Shown in pieces: positions 24,053 through 34,601 of a DNA stretch of 42,748 nucleotides (position 1 is its first letter; every line of letters begins with the position of its first letter). The notes under the pieces are model-generated. The model did not search any database and had not been told where the DNA came from. It saw only the letters and a program-made list of their open reading frames with translations. Origin of the DNA: a virus; UHGV virus genome UHGV-1372698, one strand, 5' to 3'. Position numbers and translations under genes: made by a program.

Positions 24053-25969
24053 TCAGTAGGTGAGCCAGCTAACCGTCATCTCGCCCCAATCCATAATTGT
24101 ACCCTCGTCAATATTCTGATACGTATAAAGCGCAATCCTGTCCCCGACATTCAGGCGCCTAACACCTGTCACCTGCAACGCAGTCCACAGACCATGGTTC
24201 AACGCGGCATACATGTAAACGCCGCGCTCAACATCATTGGGGCGGGCAACCCTCGTGCCGCCAACGTATCCTGCCCATGATGATCTGTACCATGTTGTGC
24301 CGTCTAGACGATAGAGCCCGCTCTGCGGAATAACGATCTCGACACCGTCTAGCTGCATTCCACCACGAACGATCTTCTCCTGCGCCCCGACCGGAACCTC
24401 CGTCCAATCATCTTTTTTAGTCCACAAATGAGCATTGTTTGTTGCCATGTGGGCGAAAGGCGGCTCCGTGAAAGTACGCCAAGACGAGGAGTGAGGCGAA
24501 GCCGACCCAGGCGGGTCATAGGACACACCATTCGTGTCCATGATGAGCTCGCCGCCCTGACGGTCGGTGATCTGTATTTTCGCCACGCCCTCGTCGTCGC
24601 GGAAAATATGCAGGCCGGAGGAGCGGCTCATTTTCCATGACACGTACATGGAATAAATGATTCCGAGCGTCATTCCCGGCGTGAAAACGTCGTTCGTGCG
24701 GGCACTAATGTAGAAAGGCGTGTCCGTGTCTTGAATCCACGTACCGTCGGGGAGCGTGAAATCGAATCTTATCTTCTGCCCGGCCGTCGCCTGCTCGTCA
24801 ACAGCGATGATTCTATTCTTGCCGATATTGATCGTGAGAATCGCGCGACCGTTCCACGACGGGGTGAAAAGAATATACCCCTCAACCTTGCCGACACCCT
24901 CACCGGCAATACCGTACGTTTTTGGTTTCGCAACAGCAATATCGTAGATTGCCATCTGCGCACCATCATTACGATTAGGGCGATCCCTGTCCGTCAGAAC
25001 GAATCGCGTGCCGCCCTCGAGCTTCTCTACGGTTGCGATTTTGGGGGACCAGATAGACTCCCAGAACTCATACTCGCTGCCGAGCCCGAAGCGAATGTTT
25101 TTCTCGCCTGACGTCGGCTCAGTGTCAACGAGCGAAAGCTCACCACCGATAAGCCGGTTACCGATGAGATCGCCGACGACTTTTGCCGCGTTGAATGTTG
25201 CGTTTCCAGCGGTCAGCATTTCCGTGGTGACTGACGCGAATGCTGCGATCTTGGCCCACAGTTCCCCGGACGCGTAAATGTTGCGTGCGGACACGGAACC
25301 GTCAGCGAGCGAGACGTTCCCTACGGACGATGGGACGAGAATGCTGCCGGCAACCATTGTCCTGGTCACCCACTGTGTGCCATCCCAAATACGCACATCA
25401 GTAATGTGCCCCGCATTGTCAGTGACATACCAAATCAACCCTGTGACAGGATTCTCTGGTGCGGTCTGGGCCACTACGGGAGGCCGGTTAGCTTCCGCAA
25501 TCTGAACAGCTTTCTCAGCGTCCTTCGCCGCCTTGTTCGCGGCACCTTCGGCTTTGTTAGCTCGGTCGCGAATGGCGTCGGCTTCTTTGAAAGCGCGTTC
25601 GGCGTCTTTTGCGGCCTGGCTGAGAATTTTGCCAGTGTGCCCGAGGTTCTCGACTTTCGCGCCGGAAGGCGGCTCAGCGATAGGGTCACTGATCTTGACT
25701 ACACGGCCGGATGAATCAATGATGACGAGTACACGGGCACCTATCCATGTGGCAATACCATCTGATTCACCAACAGCGTGAGAGGTCGGGTTACTGTAGG
25801 GGATACCTACTTCTACCCAGCCGGATGGAAGCGTGAAATCGGTGGCGGACGTGCCAGTGATTTTCCCGTACGTCCACGATACTGAGGATTGCTGAACAAT
25901 AACATTGTTATTGTTGCGCCCGCCGCCGTTTCTCGGCGCCGTGTCAAGCAATAGTGACGGTCTGACCAT
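24053..25969 (-). CDS. tail fibre / receptor-binding protein
   Basis: 638 aa. Ala/Lys-rich coiled-coil segment and a beta-rich C-terminal domain. Sits after the Dit/Tal genes. Confidence 0.55.
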   Translation of the reverse strand: MVRPSLLLDTAPRNGGGRNNNNVIVQQSSVSWTYGKITGTSATDFTLPSGWVEVGIPYSNPTSHAVGESDGIATWIGARVLVIIDSSGRVVKISDPIAEPPSGAKVENLGHTGKILSQAAKDAERAFKEADAIRDRANKAEGAANKAAKDAEKAVQIAEANRPPVVAQTAPENPVTGLIWYVTDNAGHITDVRIWDGTQWVTRTMVAGSILVPSSVGNVSLADGSVSARNIYASGELWAKIAAFASVTTEMLTAGNATFNAAKVVGDLIGNRLIGGELSLVDTEPTSGEKNIRFGLGSEYEFWESIWSPKIATVEKLEGGTRFVLTDRDRPNRNDGAQMAIYDIAVAKPKTYGIAGEGVGKVEGYILFTPSWNGRAILTINIGKNRIIAVDEQATAGQKIRFDFTLPDGTWIQDTDTPFYISARTNDVFTPGMTLGIIYSMYVSWKMSRSSGLHIFRDDEGVAKIQITDRQGGELIMDTNGVSYDPPGSASPHSSSWRTFTEPPFAHMATNNAHLWTKKDDWTEVPVGAQEKIVRGGMQLDGVEIVIPQSGLYRLDGTTWYRSSWAGYVGGTRVARPNDVERGVYMYAALNHGLWTALQVTGVRRLNVGDRIALYTYQNIDEGTIMDWGEMTVSWLTY

Positions 25970-25979
25970 GATGCCCCGT

Positions 25980-27053
25980 TTATTCTCCCAGTACCTCTAT
26001 GTCTACCCTCATTGTAGCGGACGGATCAGACAATGGGAGACTATAAGCCGCAACACGGCCAGCGATATGCTCACCCTGCTCGGTGATCGCGCCAACAATA
26101 TCCCCGACCTCGATACGGGCGTCCGGGATAATTGTCAAAGAGCGGGAAGAGCGGGAAGAAATATCCTGAATCATATATGTATCCGCAGCCTCGGATACTT
26201 CTCTCGCCGAGCTTGCGGCGCTGAATTCTTTGTGCGACGTAACCCAGCCGTAGCCGGCCGGTTCGTATGGCGGGTCAGTAATTTCTCGTTCTGCGGTCCA
26301 TCGTTCCTCTTGCTCGCCCTGAGCCCGCTGTTGTTTACTGCCGGTAACGTACCAGCGATTCGGGCGACGACCACCTGACCTCGGGGCGCGCGGAGCTTCC
26401 AAAAGGAAACCGGACTCATACGTGTAAATCTCGTCAGGCGCCGTCCTGTCGCGGAGCTTGAAAATGTGCAGCATCCCATCGGCGCCGCTACGAATACCGC
26501 AACCTCGCGATTCGACGAGTTTATAGATTGATTCGATTCGCGAATTTCCCCATTGCGTGGTGCGTGGGATGGGTGCGTCCCAGACGTCATCTTCCAATTT
26601 CACTCGCACATATTCCGCAAGCTCATTGGCTTCGGAGAGCAGGGTGGCGCCAGCGCCCGGGGAGGACGGCCACGGCCTCGGATTATCAGCAAGAATCTGC
26701 GTCAAATCCTTACAGGAAACATTCACCTTTTCCTTCGACACGGACCATTCCATGTTGACGAATTCGCCGAGCGGAATTTCCCAGTAGTCGCCGCGCCGAT
26801 TCTCATAGAGCGCGGTCACCATGGATCGCTGTCCGAAATTGTTGAGCGCATCCAATGGCCATTCCGGGACCCAAGACATTGGACAAGAGTAAGACAGGGC
26901 GCCCGGAACCTGGCGGTTCGTCGAGGACCATTCGACTTTTACTTCAGAGGCGGGTATTCCCGTTTTGAGGACTTCACCGCCACGAATGATATCGATTCTT
27001 GCGCCGATGCTGAGGCCGTCTGAAAGGGCGGCCAACGTGGGGCCGTTTCTCAT
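25980..27053 (-). CDS. tail tip protein (Tal-like)
   Basis: 357 aa, immediately after Dit. 4-nt overlap with the upstream gene. Confidence 0.5.
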   Translation of the reverse strand: MRNGPTLAALSDGLSIGARIDIIRGGEVLKTGIPASEVKVEWSSTNRQVPGALSYSCPMSWVPEWPLDALNNFGQRSMVTALYENRRGDYWEIPLGEFVNMEWSVSKEKVNVSCKDLTQILADNPRPWPSSPGAGATLLSEANELAEYVRVKLEDDVWDAPIPRTTQWGNSRIESIYKLVESRGCGIRSGADGMLHIFKLRDRTAPDEIYTYESGFLLEAPRAPRSGGRRPNRWYVTGSKQQRAQGEQEERWTAEREITDPPYEPAGYGWVTSHKEFSAASSAREVSEAADTYMIQDISSRSSRSLTIIPDARIEVGDIVGAITEQGEHIAGRVAAYSLPLSDPSATMRVDIEVLGE

Positions 27054-27829
27054 GGCATTCCCGCAATCATTTTACAAATCTCAATGTACGTGCGCGATTT
27101 CCATACCTTGTCGACTTCACGCCATTCGCCCCATGTGACACATGGGGCTGCCCCCCAGCCCGCGTGAGGGCCGACAAGCATTGGTGAATCTTCGGGGAGC
27201 TCATGCCATTTCACGTTCCACCGGATAATACCGTCTCCCGTGATCCTGGCACTGTCAACTTTGTCTACGGTGATGAATCGCGATGGGAGAACGTCGGCGG
27301 GGGCGCCGGGAGTAAGAATGAGAGGCTCCCGCTTCTGCAAGATTTCCCAAACATTGTTAACGTGTGATGGGTCGTCTAGGACGAATTGCCCACCTCCGGT
27401 GCGAGCTGCTTCTAGCATCGGCCACCTGGCAATAAGTGAGTTATATCTCGAAATCGGGGAGGACCATTCTCTTTTATCCTGGGCCTCCTCCCAGATGAGG
27501 CCGGGCACGGTACGCCCATTGAGACCACTCACCATGCCACGCCACCACTCCACCTCAGGGCGAGTCAACGTGACCGAGGAGTCACCCTGAGTATATTTTA
27601 TTGTGGTCCCCGGCACAGCGTATGCGTCTGAGAGGATCATTGTCACCGGCTCAGTCAGCTGGGGGCCCTCAAGCTCGCGAATCATTTTCGCCCTGCCGGT
27701 GAGAGGTCTTTTGTCGCGAGCCATCCCAGGAACAGCGAAAAGACGGTCCCCCGCGTAGACGGGCTCTTTGCCTGTGGCCATTATTGACGGCAGCCCAGTG
27801 TGTGCAGCAATCCATCCCGTAATTGGCAT
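27050..27829 (-). CDS. distal tail protein (Dit-like)
   Basis: 259 aa, directly after the tape measure gene. Positional call. Confidence 0.5.
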   Translation of the reverse strand: MPITGWIAAHTGLPSIMATGKEPVYAGDRLFAVPGMARDKRPLTGRAKMIRELEGPQLTEPVTMILSDAYAVPGTTIKYTQGDSSVTLTRPEVEWWRGMVSGLNGRTVPGLIWEEAQDKREWSSPISRYNSLIARWPMLEAARTGGGQFVLDDPSHVNNVWEILQKREPLILTPGAPADVLPSRFITVDKVDSARITGDGIIRWNVKWHELPEDSPMLVGPHAGWGAAPCVTWGEWREVDKVWKSRTYIEICKMIAGMP

Positions 27830-27856
27830 TATTATATGCTTTCCGTCATAATGGTT

Positions 27857-30800
27857 TTATCGGTTCATTCGGTCATAGTCTACTATGGCCGATGTTGCCT
27901 CTACTTGCATGCGGCCGACGAGATCATTGTCCACGTCTCGAATTTCGAGCACGTCAGGGCCGAGCGCACGATTCTCCAGGAGGCTGATCAGCTTATCCAT
28001 TTTCTCCCACTGGGCTGACGTGAAAACGGGCTCCGGACGGCCAGTCTTATTCTCGATCGTTGAGAGACCGGGCTGCAAGAAACCACCGTTATCGTATCGG
28101 AGATTCCCTGCGGACGGTCCACCGTAAATCGGGACCTCACGTACCGGGATACCGAATGTCGGCGCCTCAACCATCATTCCGTTACCGGAGGCGATAGCAA
28201 CGTGGTGAGCCGGATAACCCCAGAACAAAAGCGTTCCGGGAACCATGGGGTTACCGGGGGATGACATTGCCTGATATCCGGCCGCCGTGAGACGCGGCAC
28301 GTGAATGCCCATAGCATTGAGCGCCCAATAGACAAGACCAGAACAGTCGAGTCCGCCCCCCGGGGAGACGCCGCCCCAAACATACGGTGTACCGATAGCG
28401 CGACGCGCCGTATTCACTAGGTCGCCGGCAGCGGCACCAATAGCACCGATTCCACCACCGAATCCACTGACCACAGGCATGTGATCTTTAATCCAGTCAC
28501 CGAGCGCGTCAATGGTTTTATCAACGCCCGCTTTTCCGGCGTCGAAGAACGGTTTTGCCCCGTCTCCGCCCCACGAATCGAGAAGTTTGTGAACTGGAGC
28601 CTTGATGACAGTCTCAACGGCTCCGATCGGGTCGGAGAATATCGAGGATACTGCGTCGGCCGCGCCGGTAATCCAGTTAAGGGCAGCGGACGCGCCCTTT
28701 TCTACCGTCGACTTGACAGGATCCCAAATACCGCCAGGGGCGAATGCGGCATACCCCGCATCACCGCCAGGAATACGGTCCCCGTGCGCGGCGGCCCTAT
28801 TCATGGCATTCACCATTGCAGGCCCGCCAACCGCCTTCACCCATTCTGGCCGCATGATCGCTTCCCCACCGGAAAGCGCGAGCCGGCCACCACCATCGGG
28901 TGACACGAAATGGTAAATGTCACGCCCCGGAGAATATCCGGGCAGGACACCACCGGACGCGTACCCGCCAATCGTGGGAGCCTCAGGAAGACGAAGATCA
29001 AGAGAGAGCTTCTCCATCATTCCGTTAACAAGTTTCCGCAGCCCGTTATTGTAGACAGTGCCAATAACGAAATTAACAGGCTTGGCGGCAGCTTCCTTGA
29101 TTTTGTCCCACGCCGTCCTAACCCCGTCTTTCATCGTGTTGGCGGCGGCCACTACCCTGTCCCATGCGCTTGTAATTGCGGGAACAAGCGTGTTAGCAAT
29201 CCAATCTTTAACGATTTGGATTTCGCCCTTCAGAATGTTCCACGCGGAGACGACCATGTTTTTCAGCCAGCTGGTCCACGAAACAACAGTGTTCCAGGCG
29301 GCGCTGATCGTGGTGGCCGCACCCTGAATTACGGCGACACCCATAGTGACCGCAGCAATGATGGACGCGAATACAAACGCAATGATTCCGCCCAGAATTT
29401 TCGCACCCGTAGAGATTATCTCCCAGGCCACACTAATAACGGGTGCAGCGTAGGTTTGAATCCAATTCACCACAGGCTGCATAACAGCCCAAATACCATT
29501 CCATGTCGCCGACAGGGAGCCCCACATAATAGACGCAGTGTCTTTAATCGCGTTGAATGCTCCGACCACCCACGGCCATGCAATATTGTAGATCCAATCG
29601 ACGACAGGCTGAATAGTGGCCCAAATACCATTCCATGCCGCTGATATGGTGCCCCAAAGCGAGGACGCCGTGTCTTTGATCGTGTTGAACGTGTCGACTA
29701 CCCAGGGCCATGCCGTGTAGTAAATCCATTCGACTACCGGTTGCATGGCCGCTTGAATTGAGGTCCACGCGGCCTGAACCGTACCCCAAAGATTAGAGGC
29801 GGCGTCTTTGATCGTGTTAAAAGCATCTACCACCCACGGCCATGCCGTGTAGTAAATCCACTCGACCACTGGCTGCATAGCCGCCTGAATGGCGGCCCAC
29901 GCGACCTGAATATTAGACCACATGTTAGCGGCCGTATCCTTGATCGCATTGAACGCGCCCACGACCCAGGGCCAGACCGTGTTGTAAATCCAATCCGCAA
30001 CGGGCTGAATGGCGGTTTGAATGGCGGTCCACGCGATCTGAATATCGGCCCACATCATGGAAGCGGTGTCTTTAATCGCATTAAAGGCGCCGACCACCAT
30101 GGGCCAAATGTCGTTGTAGATTTGTGTGGCGACAGGCATGATTGCCGCCCAGATGGCGTCCCACGCCCACTGAATCGTGGACCAGAGCGCACTCACACCC
30201 CAGCTAATGGCATCCCATGCTGTAGTGAGGTACAGGGCAGCAACGTTGACAATCCAGTCGACGACGGGGCGGATTATGTCGCTGATCCCCTGCCATGCTG
30301 CGACCATCCCGTTCCAGACGATCATTGCGCCCGCGGAAATGCCGTCCCAGGCGGCCTGAAGGTTGGGCCAGGCAGTATTCACAATCCAGTCGACGACGGC
30401 TTGAATGACGGGTTGCATTCCTTGCCAGACGCTGACGATTCCGTTCCATACCCATTGGGCGCCGGCGACGATCCCGTCCCATGCCGCCTGAAGTGCGGGC
30501 CACGCGGTGCCGACGATCCAGTCAATGACCGCCTGAATGACGGGCTGTATTCCTTGCCAGACGGATACCATGACGCCCCACATCCACTGGGCGCCTGCCA
30601 CGATTCCGTCCCAGGCGACTTGCATGAGAGGCCATACGTTGGCGGCGAACCAATCTGCCACGGCGCCGGCTGCCGTTTTGATTGCTTCCCAACAGGAAAT
30701 GACGACGTTGCGGAATGTTTCGGAGTTCTGCCATGCCACAATGATTGCTGCGACCAATGCTGCGATAGCGATCACGACGAGTCCGATTGGGTTGGCGTCC

Positions 30801-32419
30801 ATTGCGGCGTTGAATGCCCACTGTGCCGCAGTCGAGGCGATTGTTGCAGTTTTGTGGAGGACCATCATTGCTGTGGCCCGCCCCCACGCGACCGCCTGCA
30901 TCGTGATCTGTGTCGTTGCACGTGCGATATTCGACAGGAATTCGCCGGCGTACATGAGGTTGAGCTGCGCGGTCTCGACCACGTCTCTGACTTTCGCCAC
31001 AGTCATTGCGTTAATGGCTGTGGTAACACGCCCGGCGACACCGGCTACGCCTTCCATGTCGTTCAGCCATTGCTGCATTGAGGACATGACCATGACAGCT
31101 TTCCATGCCGTAAACGCAGCCGCGATACTATACACCGCCACTTTACTATTGAGAATAGCGACGGTCAAGCTTTCCATGAATTGGACTAGGGTGCTGTTCG
31201 CGATGGTGCTGAGAGCGGTAGCAATGCCGGGGACGAGCGTCCCAACAATGAATTTGCCGAGCTCGACGAAACTGTTGCGCACGTTGGTGATGTACGAGAT
31301 GATTCCGGAGTCTTTGTCGAATCCGAAAATCGTCCCCGTGAAATCACCGGACAGAAGCAAATCTTTAAGATTCTTCAACGACGGAACGAGCGTCTTGTTA
31401 ATCCATTCCCCCGCGGCGGCGGCAGCATCGCGCATACGGAAAAGAAAATCAACGAAGCTCGAGTCTTCCTCGAATGAGAAGATCGGGCCCGTGAAATCAC
31501 CCTTGCGGATAACGCTGAAAGCATTCGTAATACTGGGGATGAACGAATTACTCACCCAGTTGAATACTTTCTCAAACCCTTTGCTCATGGCGTCAAGGGA
31601 TGCAGTGATCCACGGGAGTGCTTTTTCGGCGATTTCCTGCGCCCCGGTCACAAGGGTCGCCTTGAAATTCCCCCAAGCACCCTCCAAGGTTTTGGTGGAT
31701 GTAGCGGCCTCAATGGCCACGTCCTCCATACCGAGGTCAAGGATTGCCTGGTTGAATTCCTCGGCGGTGATCTCGCCTTTCTCCATGGCTTCCCGGAAAT
31801 TGCCGGTGTAGGCACCATTCTTTTTCATGGCTTCCTGCAATTTACCGGACGCGCCAGGAATGGCGTCGGAAAGCTGATTCCAGTTCTCGGTGGTGAGCTT
31901 TCCGGCGCCCGCGGTCTGCGTCATAACAAGGCCGACCGTTTTGAACGTCTGCGCGTTCCCGCCTGCAACGGCGTTCAGGTTACCGGCGGCCTCGGCGAGC
32001 TTATCGTAGCCCTTTACACCGTTGGATGCAAGCTGGGCGGTAATTGACTGAATGTCGTCGAGCTCATAAATTGTGCGGTCCGCGTAGGAACGTGTGCTTT
32101 TTGTGAGCGCGTTGATTTCGTCCGCACTTTTACCGGCGAATGCGAGAGTTTGCTTGAATTTGATCGTGGCGTCAGCAGCATTGAATGCTTCCTTTGCGAC
32201 GCCGCCGAACGCAACGGCGATGCCGCCGATGGCGAGTCCTCCGAGCGCGGCGCCGGCGACTTTGGCCACCGATTTGAACGCCCCACCAAGCCCGGACGTG
32301 ATCTTTCTCTCGGCCGGCCCGGTGTCAACGTTGCCGATTTCGCTATTGATACTTCGGGCGAGGCCTCGCATGGACGGGCTGATCTGAATCCATGCGGTCC
32401 CGAGATCATATCCGGCCAT
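27857..32419 (-). CDS. tape measure protein with C-terminal NlpC/P60-type peptidase domain
   Basis: 1520 aa. Long Ala/Trp-rich helical repeats. C-terminal DCSGLVYWALNAMG...HHVAIASGNGMMVEAP is an NlpC/P60 Cys-His arrangement. Follows G/GT. Confidence 0.85.
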   Translation of the reverse strand: MAGYDLGTAWIQISPSMRGLARSINSEIGNVDTGPAERKITSGLGGAFKSVAKVAGAALGGLAIGGIAVAFGGVAKEAFNAADATIKFKQTLAFAGKSADEINALTKSTRSYADRTIYELDDIQSITAQLASNGVKGYDKLAEAAGNLNAVAGGNAQTFKTVGLVMTQTAGAGKLTTENWNQLSDAIPGASGKLQEAMKKNGAYTGNFREAMEKGEITAEEFNQAILDLGMEDVAIEAATSTKTLEGAWGNFKATLVTGAQEIAEKALPWITASLDAMSKGFEKVFNWVSNSFIPSITNAFSVIRKGDFTGPIFSFEEDSSFVDFLFRMRDAAAAAGEWINKTLVPSLKNLKDLLLSGDFTGTIFGFDKDSGIISYITNVRNSFVELGKFIVGTLVPGIATALSTIANSTLVQFMESLTVAILNSKVAVYSIAAAFTAWKAVMVMSSMQQWLNDMEGVAGVAGRVTTAINAMTVAKVRDVVETAQLNLMYAGEFLSNIARATTQITMQAVAWGRATAMMVLHKTATIASTAAQWAFNAAMDANPIGLVVIAIAALVAAIIVAWQNSETFRNVVISCWEAIKTAAGAVADWFAANVWPLMQVAWDGIVAGAQWMWGVMVSVWQGIQPVIQAVIDWIVGTAWPALQAAWDGIVAGAQWVWNGIVSVWQGMQPVIQAVVDWIVNTAWPNLQAAWDGISAGAMIVWNGMVAAWQGISDIIRPVVDWIVNVAALYLTTAWDAISWGVSALWSTIQWAWDAIWAAIMPVATQIYNDIWPMVVGAFNAIKDTASMMWADIQIAWTAIQTAIQPVADWIYNTVWPWVVGAFNAIKDTAANMWSNIQVAWAAIQAAMQPVVEWIYYTAWPWVVDAFNTIKDAASNLWGTVQAAWTSIQAAMQPVVEWIYYTAWPWVVDTFNTIKDTASSLWGTISAAWNGIWATIQPVVDWIYNIAWPWVVGAFNAIKDTASIMWGSLSATWNGIWAVMQPVVNWIQTYAAPVISVAWEIISTGAKILGGIIAFVFASIIAAVTMGVAVIQGAATTISAAWNTVVSWTSWLKNMVVSAWNILKGEIQIVKDWIANTLVPAITSAWDRVVAAANTMKDGVRTAWDKIKEAAAKPVNFVIGTVYNNGLRKLVNGMMEKLSLDLRLPEAPTIGGYASGGVLPGYSPGRDIYHFVSPDGGGRLALSGGEAIMRPEWVKAVGGPAMVNAMNRAAAHGDRIPGGDAGYAAFAPGGIWDPVKSTVEKGASAALNWITGAADAVSSIFSDPIGAVETVIKAPVHKLLDSWGGDGAKPFFDAGKAGVDKTIDALGDWIKDHMPVVSGFGGGIGAIGAAAGDLVNTARRAIGTPYVWGGVSPGGGLDCSGLVYWALNAMGIHVPRLTAAGYQAMSSPGNPMVPGTLLFWGYPAHHVAIASGNGMMVEAPTFGIPVREVPIYGGPSAGNLRYDNGGFLQPGLSTIENKTGRPEPVFTSAQWEKMDKLISLLENRALGPDVLEIRDVDNDLVGRMQVEATSAIVDYDRMNR
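29480..30960 (-). repeat. in-frame tandem repeats within the tape measure gene (~40-45 aa units, WPWVVGAFNAIKDTAS...QPVV.WIY type, more than 8 copies)
   Basis: Repetition visible in the translated protein. Approximate nucleotide bounds. Confidence 0.6.
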
Positions 32420-32528
32420 TGATACCTCTCCGAAATCGTGTGTAGCGAAAATGGTTCACGCCAAGCAAACCGTTTTTCGTGTTTGTCTTGGCGTGAACCA
32501 TTTTACACTATCCGATTAGAAACGCGAC

Positions 32529-33250
32529 TCAGCTGCCGTATCGGGCAAGCCATTTCTCACCCTTAGCCTTCTGCGCCTTAGCGTGCTTGCTTGACACTTT
32601 GGGGTTACCGGTTTCCCGGTATCCTTCGGCCGGAGGTTTCGGCGCCTCAGGCCATTTATCTTTCTTGACGCCGTTGACGGCGAGCAATGTGGTCTGAATA
32701 TTGTGTGCTGACATTATTGTGGCGGCGACTTCGTCGGACCAGTATCTGTCTCCGCCTCGCGCCCTATCGAATGTTGACCCTGGCGGCAGGCCGCCGATGA
32801 GCGCCATTACCCGCCGCGGGGTTATTCTGCCTCGATATAGATCAAGAAGATCTGTGTTGTAGTATCGTTGCAGATCGGCTTCTATCTCCCACCCATACTC
32901 GCGGAGTAGTGGTGGGAGAATTGTCAGTTTCCCGCGCCCACCTCGGACACGATTGACTGCATAAAGTCGGTCACCGCGTCGATCGGAACAAGACCGTTCT
33001 CGTCCTCCAACGCGGCGTAGACCTCGTCCTTGTGGTCGCCTACAATGAGGCGGAAAAGTGGGAACGGATTGCCGGCGTCGAGGGCCTCGAATGCGCGGAA
33101 GTCCTCCAGTGCCTCCGGGGGAATATCGAACTCGACCCCCTCGTAGTCCACGTGGATCGGGTCACGCGTGGCTTCTGCCTTGGCGAGCCTGTCAGCCGGC
33201 GCCTTAGCTCCGGCGGCCTTTGCTTTACTCTTCGTATCCTTGTCAGACAT
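32529..33250 (-). CDS. tail assembly chaperone GT fusion product via -1 programmed frameshift
   Basis: G frame (32924..33250) ends GGG AAA C TGA. The heptamer GGGAAAC (minus strand, 32927-32933) is a canonical X XXY YYZ site. The -1 frame continues in phase into ORF 32529..32807. Confidence 0.65.
32924..33250 (-). CDS. tail assembly chaperone G
   Basis: 108-aa acidic protein between the major tail and tape measure genes. Confidence 0.7.
   Translation of the reverse strand: MSDKDTKSKAKAAGAKAPADRLAKAEATRDPIHVDYEGVEFDIPPEALEDFRAFEALDAGNPFPLFRLIVGDHKDEVYAALEDENGLVPIDAVTDFMQSIVSEVGAGN
32927..32933 (-). promoter_or_regulatory. -1 ribosomal frameshift slippery heptamer GGGAAAC, immediately before the TGA of G
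   Basis: Plus-strand GTTTCCC at 32927-32933, stop TCA at 32924-32926. Confidence 0.7.
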
Positions 33251-33306
33251 AATGGGTTGTCCTCAAAATTTGTTTTATAAGTGGGTGGGTTGTGTTTGTT
33301 TTGGAT

Positions 33307-33357
33307 CTTCCCCGCTATTCCGCGACAACCCATCCGAAACACGAAATAGCGGGGAAG
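33307..33357 (-). terminator. hairpin (13-bp stem CTTCCCCGCTATT / AATAGCGGGGAAG, 25-nt loop) after the major tail gene, likely an attenuator
   Basis: Typical position, between major tail and chaperone genes. Confidence 0.4.
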
Positions 33358-33366
33358 CATCATCCG

Positions 33367-33951
33367 TCAGGCGGGGAACAGGGCCTTGTGGTCGGAGTAG
33401 ATAATGTAATCGCCCAGCACGGAGAGATTGTACTCGTAGCCGGTGATCTCAGCCTGCTGGAAAGTGATCTCACCGCGTTCGCCGAGCTCCAGACGCGGGA
33501 AAACAATACGAATCTGCGCGCCCACGCCAGACACGTCGAAGAAATCGGCGACACCGCAGAGGAGCTTGACCTTACGGGAGGACTTGGCGGTAATCTTCAC
33601 GCCCTTGGTGGCGCCGCCGTCCTCGACCTTCTCACTGGTAGCGTCCAAATACCATGAAAGCGGGGCGAGCATGGTCTCCAGGAGAGTGGCGCTGAAAGTC
33701 GTCTCCGACGAGTCGAGGAATGTCTTGACGACGCCATGGCCCTGGTGTCCCTTGATCTTAGTGACGGAGTCGTCGGACGTGAGTTTGAAACCATCCTCAC
33801 TGATCCACCCCACGTTGGTGAGACCGGTCACGCCGGAGAGGTCCTGGGTGAGCGACGTGACCTTCTCACCGAACTTTTCGACGTAGTCGCCCAGCCAGAG
33901 CGCGTCATTGTCGGACGAGAAAATGAGTGCATTGTCAGCGTTAACAGCCAT
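33367..33951 (-). CDS. major tail protein
   Basis: 194 aa, upstream of G/GT. GGTGA RBS. Hairpin attenuator downstream. Confidence 0.6.
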   Translation of the reverse strand: MAVNADNALIFSSDNDALWLGDYVEKFGEKVTSLTQDLSGVTGLTNVGWISEDGFKLTSDDSVTKIKGHQGHGVVKTFLDSSETTFSATLLETMLAPLSWYLDATSEKVEDGGATKGVKITAKSSRKVKLLCGVADFFDVSGVGAQIRIVFPRLELGERGEITFQQAEITGYEYNLSVLGDYIIYSDHKALFPA

Positions 33952-33960
33952 TATTTTGTT

Positions 33961-34350
33961 TCACCTGTGTGCTGTAATTGTTAATGTTGCAGTCGCCCTC
34001 GCCTGAGACGTGTCCGGATCGGGCATTTCTATCGGATAGGATGATTGTACCATCACTATACCATCCTGATAGTTCGGCATAGTGTGCGCCACATTCACGG
34101 CCTCGCACGCGATTTTCATAGCCTCACCAGCCGACTGCGCGTAGGCGTCGATCGTCTCCAGCGCGGTGCAGAGTGCTTTCTTCGTGACGCCAGTCCCCCC
34201 CGTTGAGAGGACTCGAATGAATGCGGCGGGACGGTCCGGACTCTCGGGCCTGCGGGCCACGATCGGCACGCTCATGTGCGTGGACAGGAAGTCCATGAGT
34301 CGTTTCTTTATGTCCGGCACCGTGGGGGCGCGATCGTATGTTGGGCTCAT
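33961..34350 (-). CDS. tail terminator / minor tail protein
   Basis: Positional call: 129 aa between neck genes and the major tail gene. Confidence 0.45.
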   Translation of the reverse strand: MSPTYDRAPTVPDIKKRLMDFLSTHMSVPIVARRPESPDRPAAFIRVLSTGGTGVTKKALCTALETIDAYAQSAGEAMKIACEAVNVAHTMPNYQDGIVMVQSSYPIEMPDPDTSQARATATLTITAHR

Positions 34351-34601
34351 TTCCCGCCCCCCATTGCGCGGCCGATCGCACGTTCCAACGTGTGCTCTCT
34401 CATCTGTCTACGCATCGCAGCAATGGTGCGCGCTCTGACGTATCCGCGGGTACGATTTCCATGCGTCGTCTCACCCTCGAACCCCTGCCCTGCAGCGTTG
34501 GCTACGCGCCCCGTCTCCAATGCTACTGTCCGGGCTACGTCGGGACCGCGCAGAAGATCAGCGACACCGTCACGGTTGAGCTGGAATTTTACTTTCGGCA
34601 T
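34347..34601 (-). CDS. neck / tail completion protein
   Basis: Positional call. 84 aa, 4-nt overlaps on both sides. Confidence 0.4.
   Translation of the reverse strand: MPKVKFQLNRDGVADLLRGPDVARTVALETGRVANAAGQGFEGETTHGNRTRGYVRARTIAAMRRQMREHTLERAIGRAMGGGK

Noticed and set aside
30017-31811. Plus-strand ORFs 30017..31081 and 30537..31811 inside the tape measure gene
   Set aside because: Antisense to a clearly real 1520-aa repeat-containing gene. Composition is Cys/His/Pro/Asp-rich and low-complexity.
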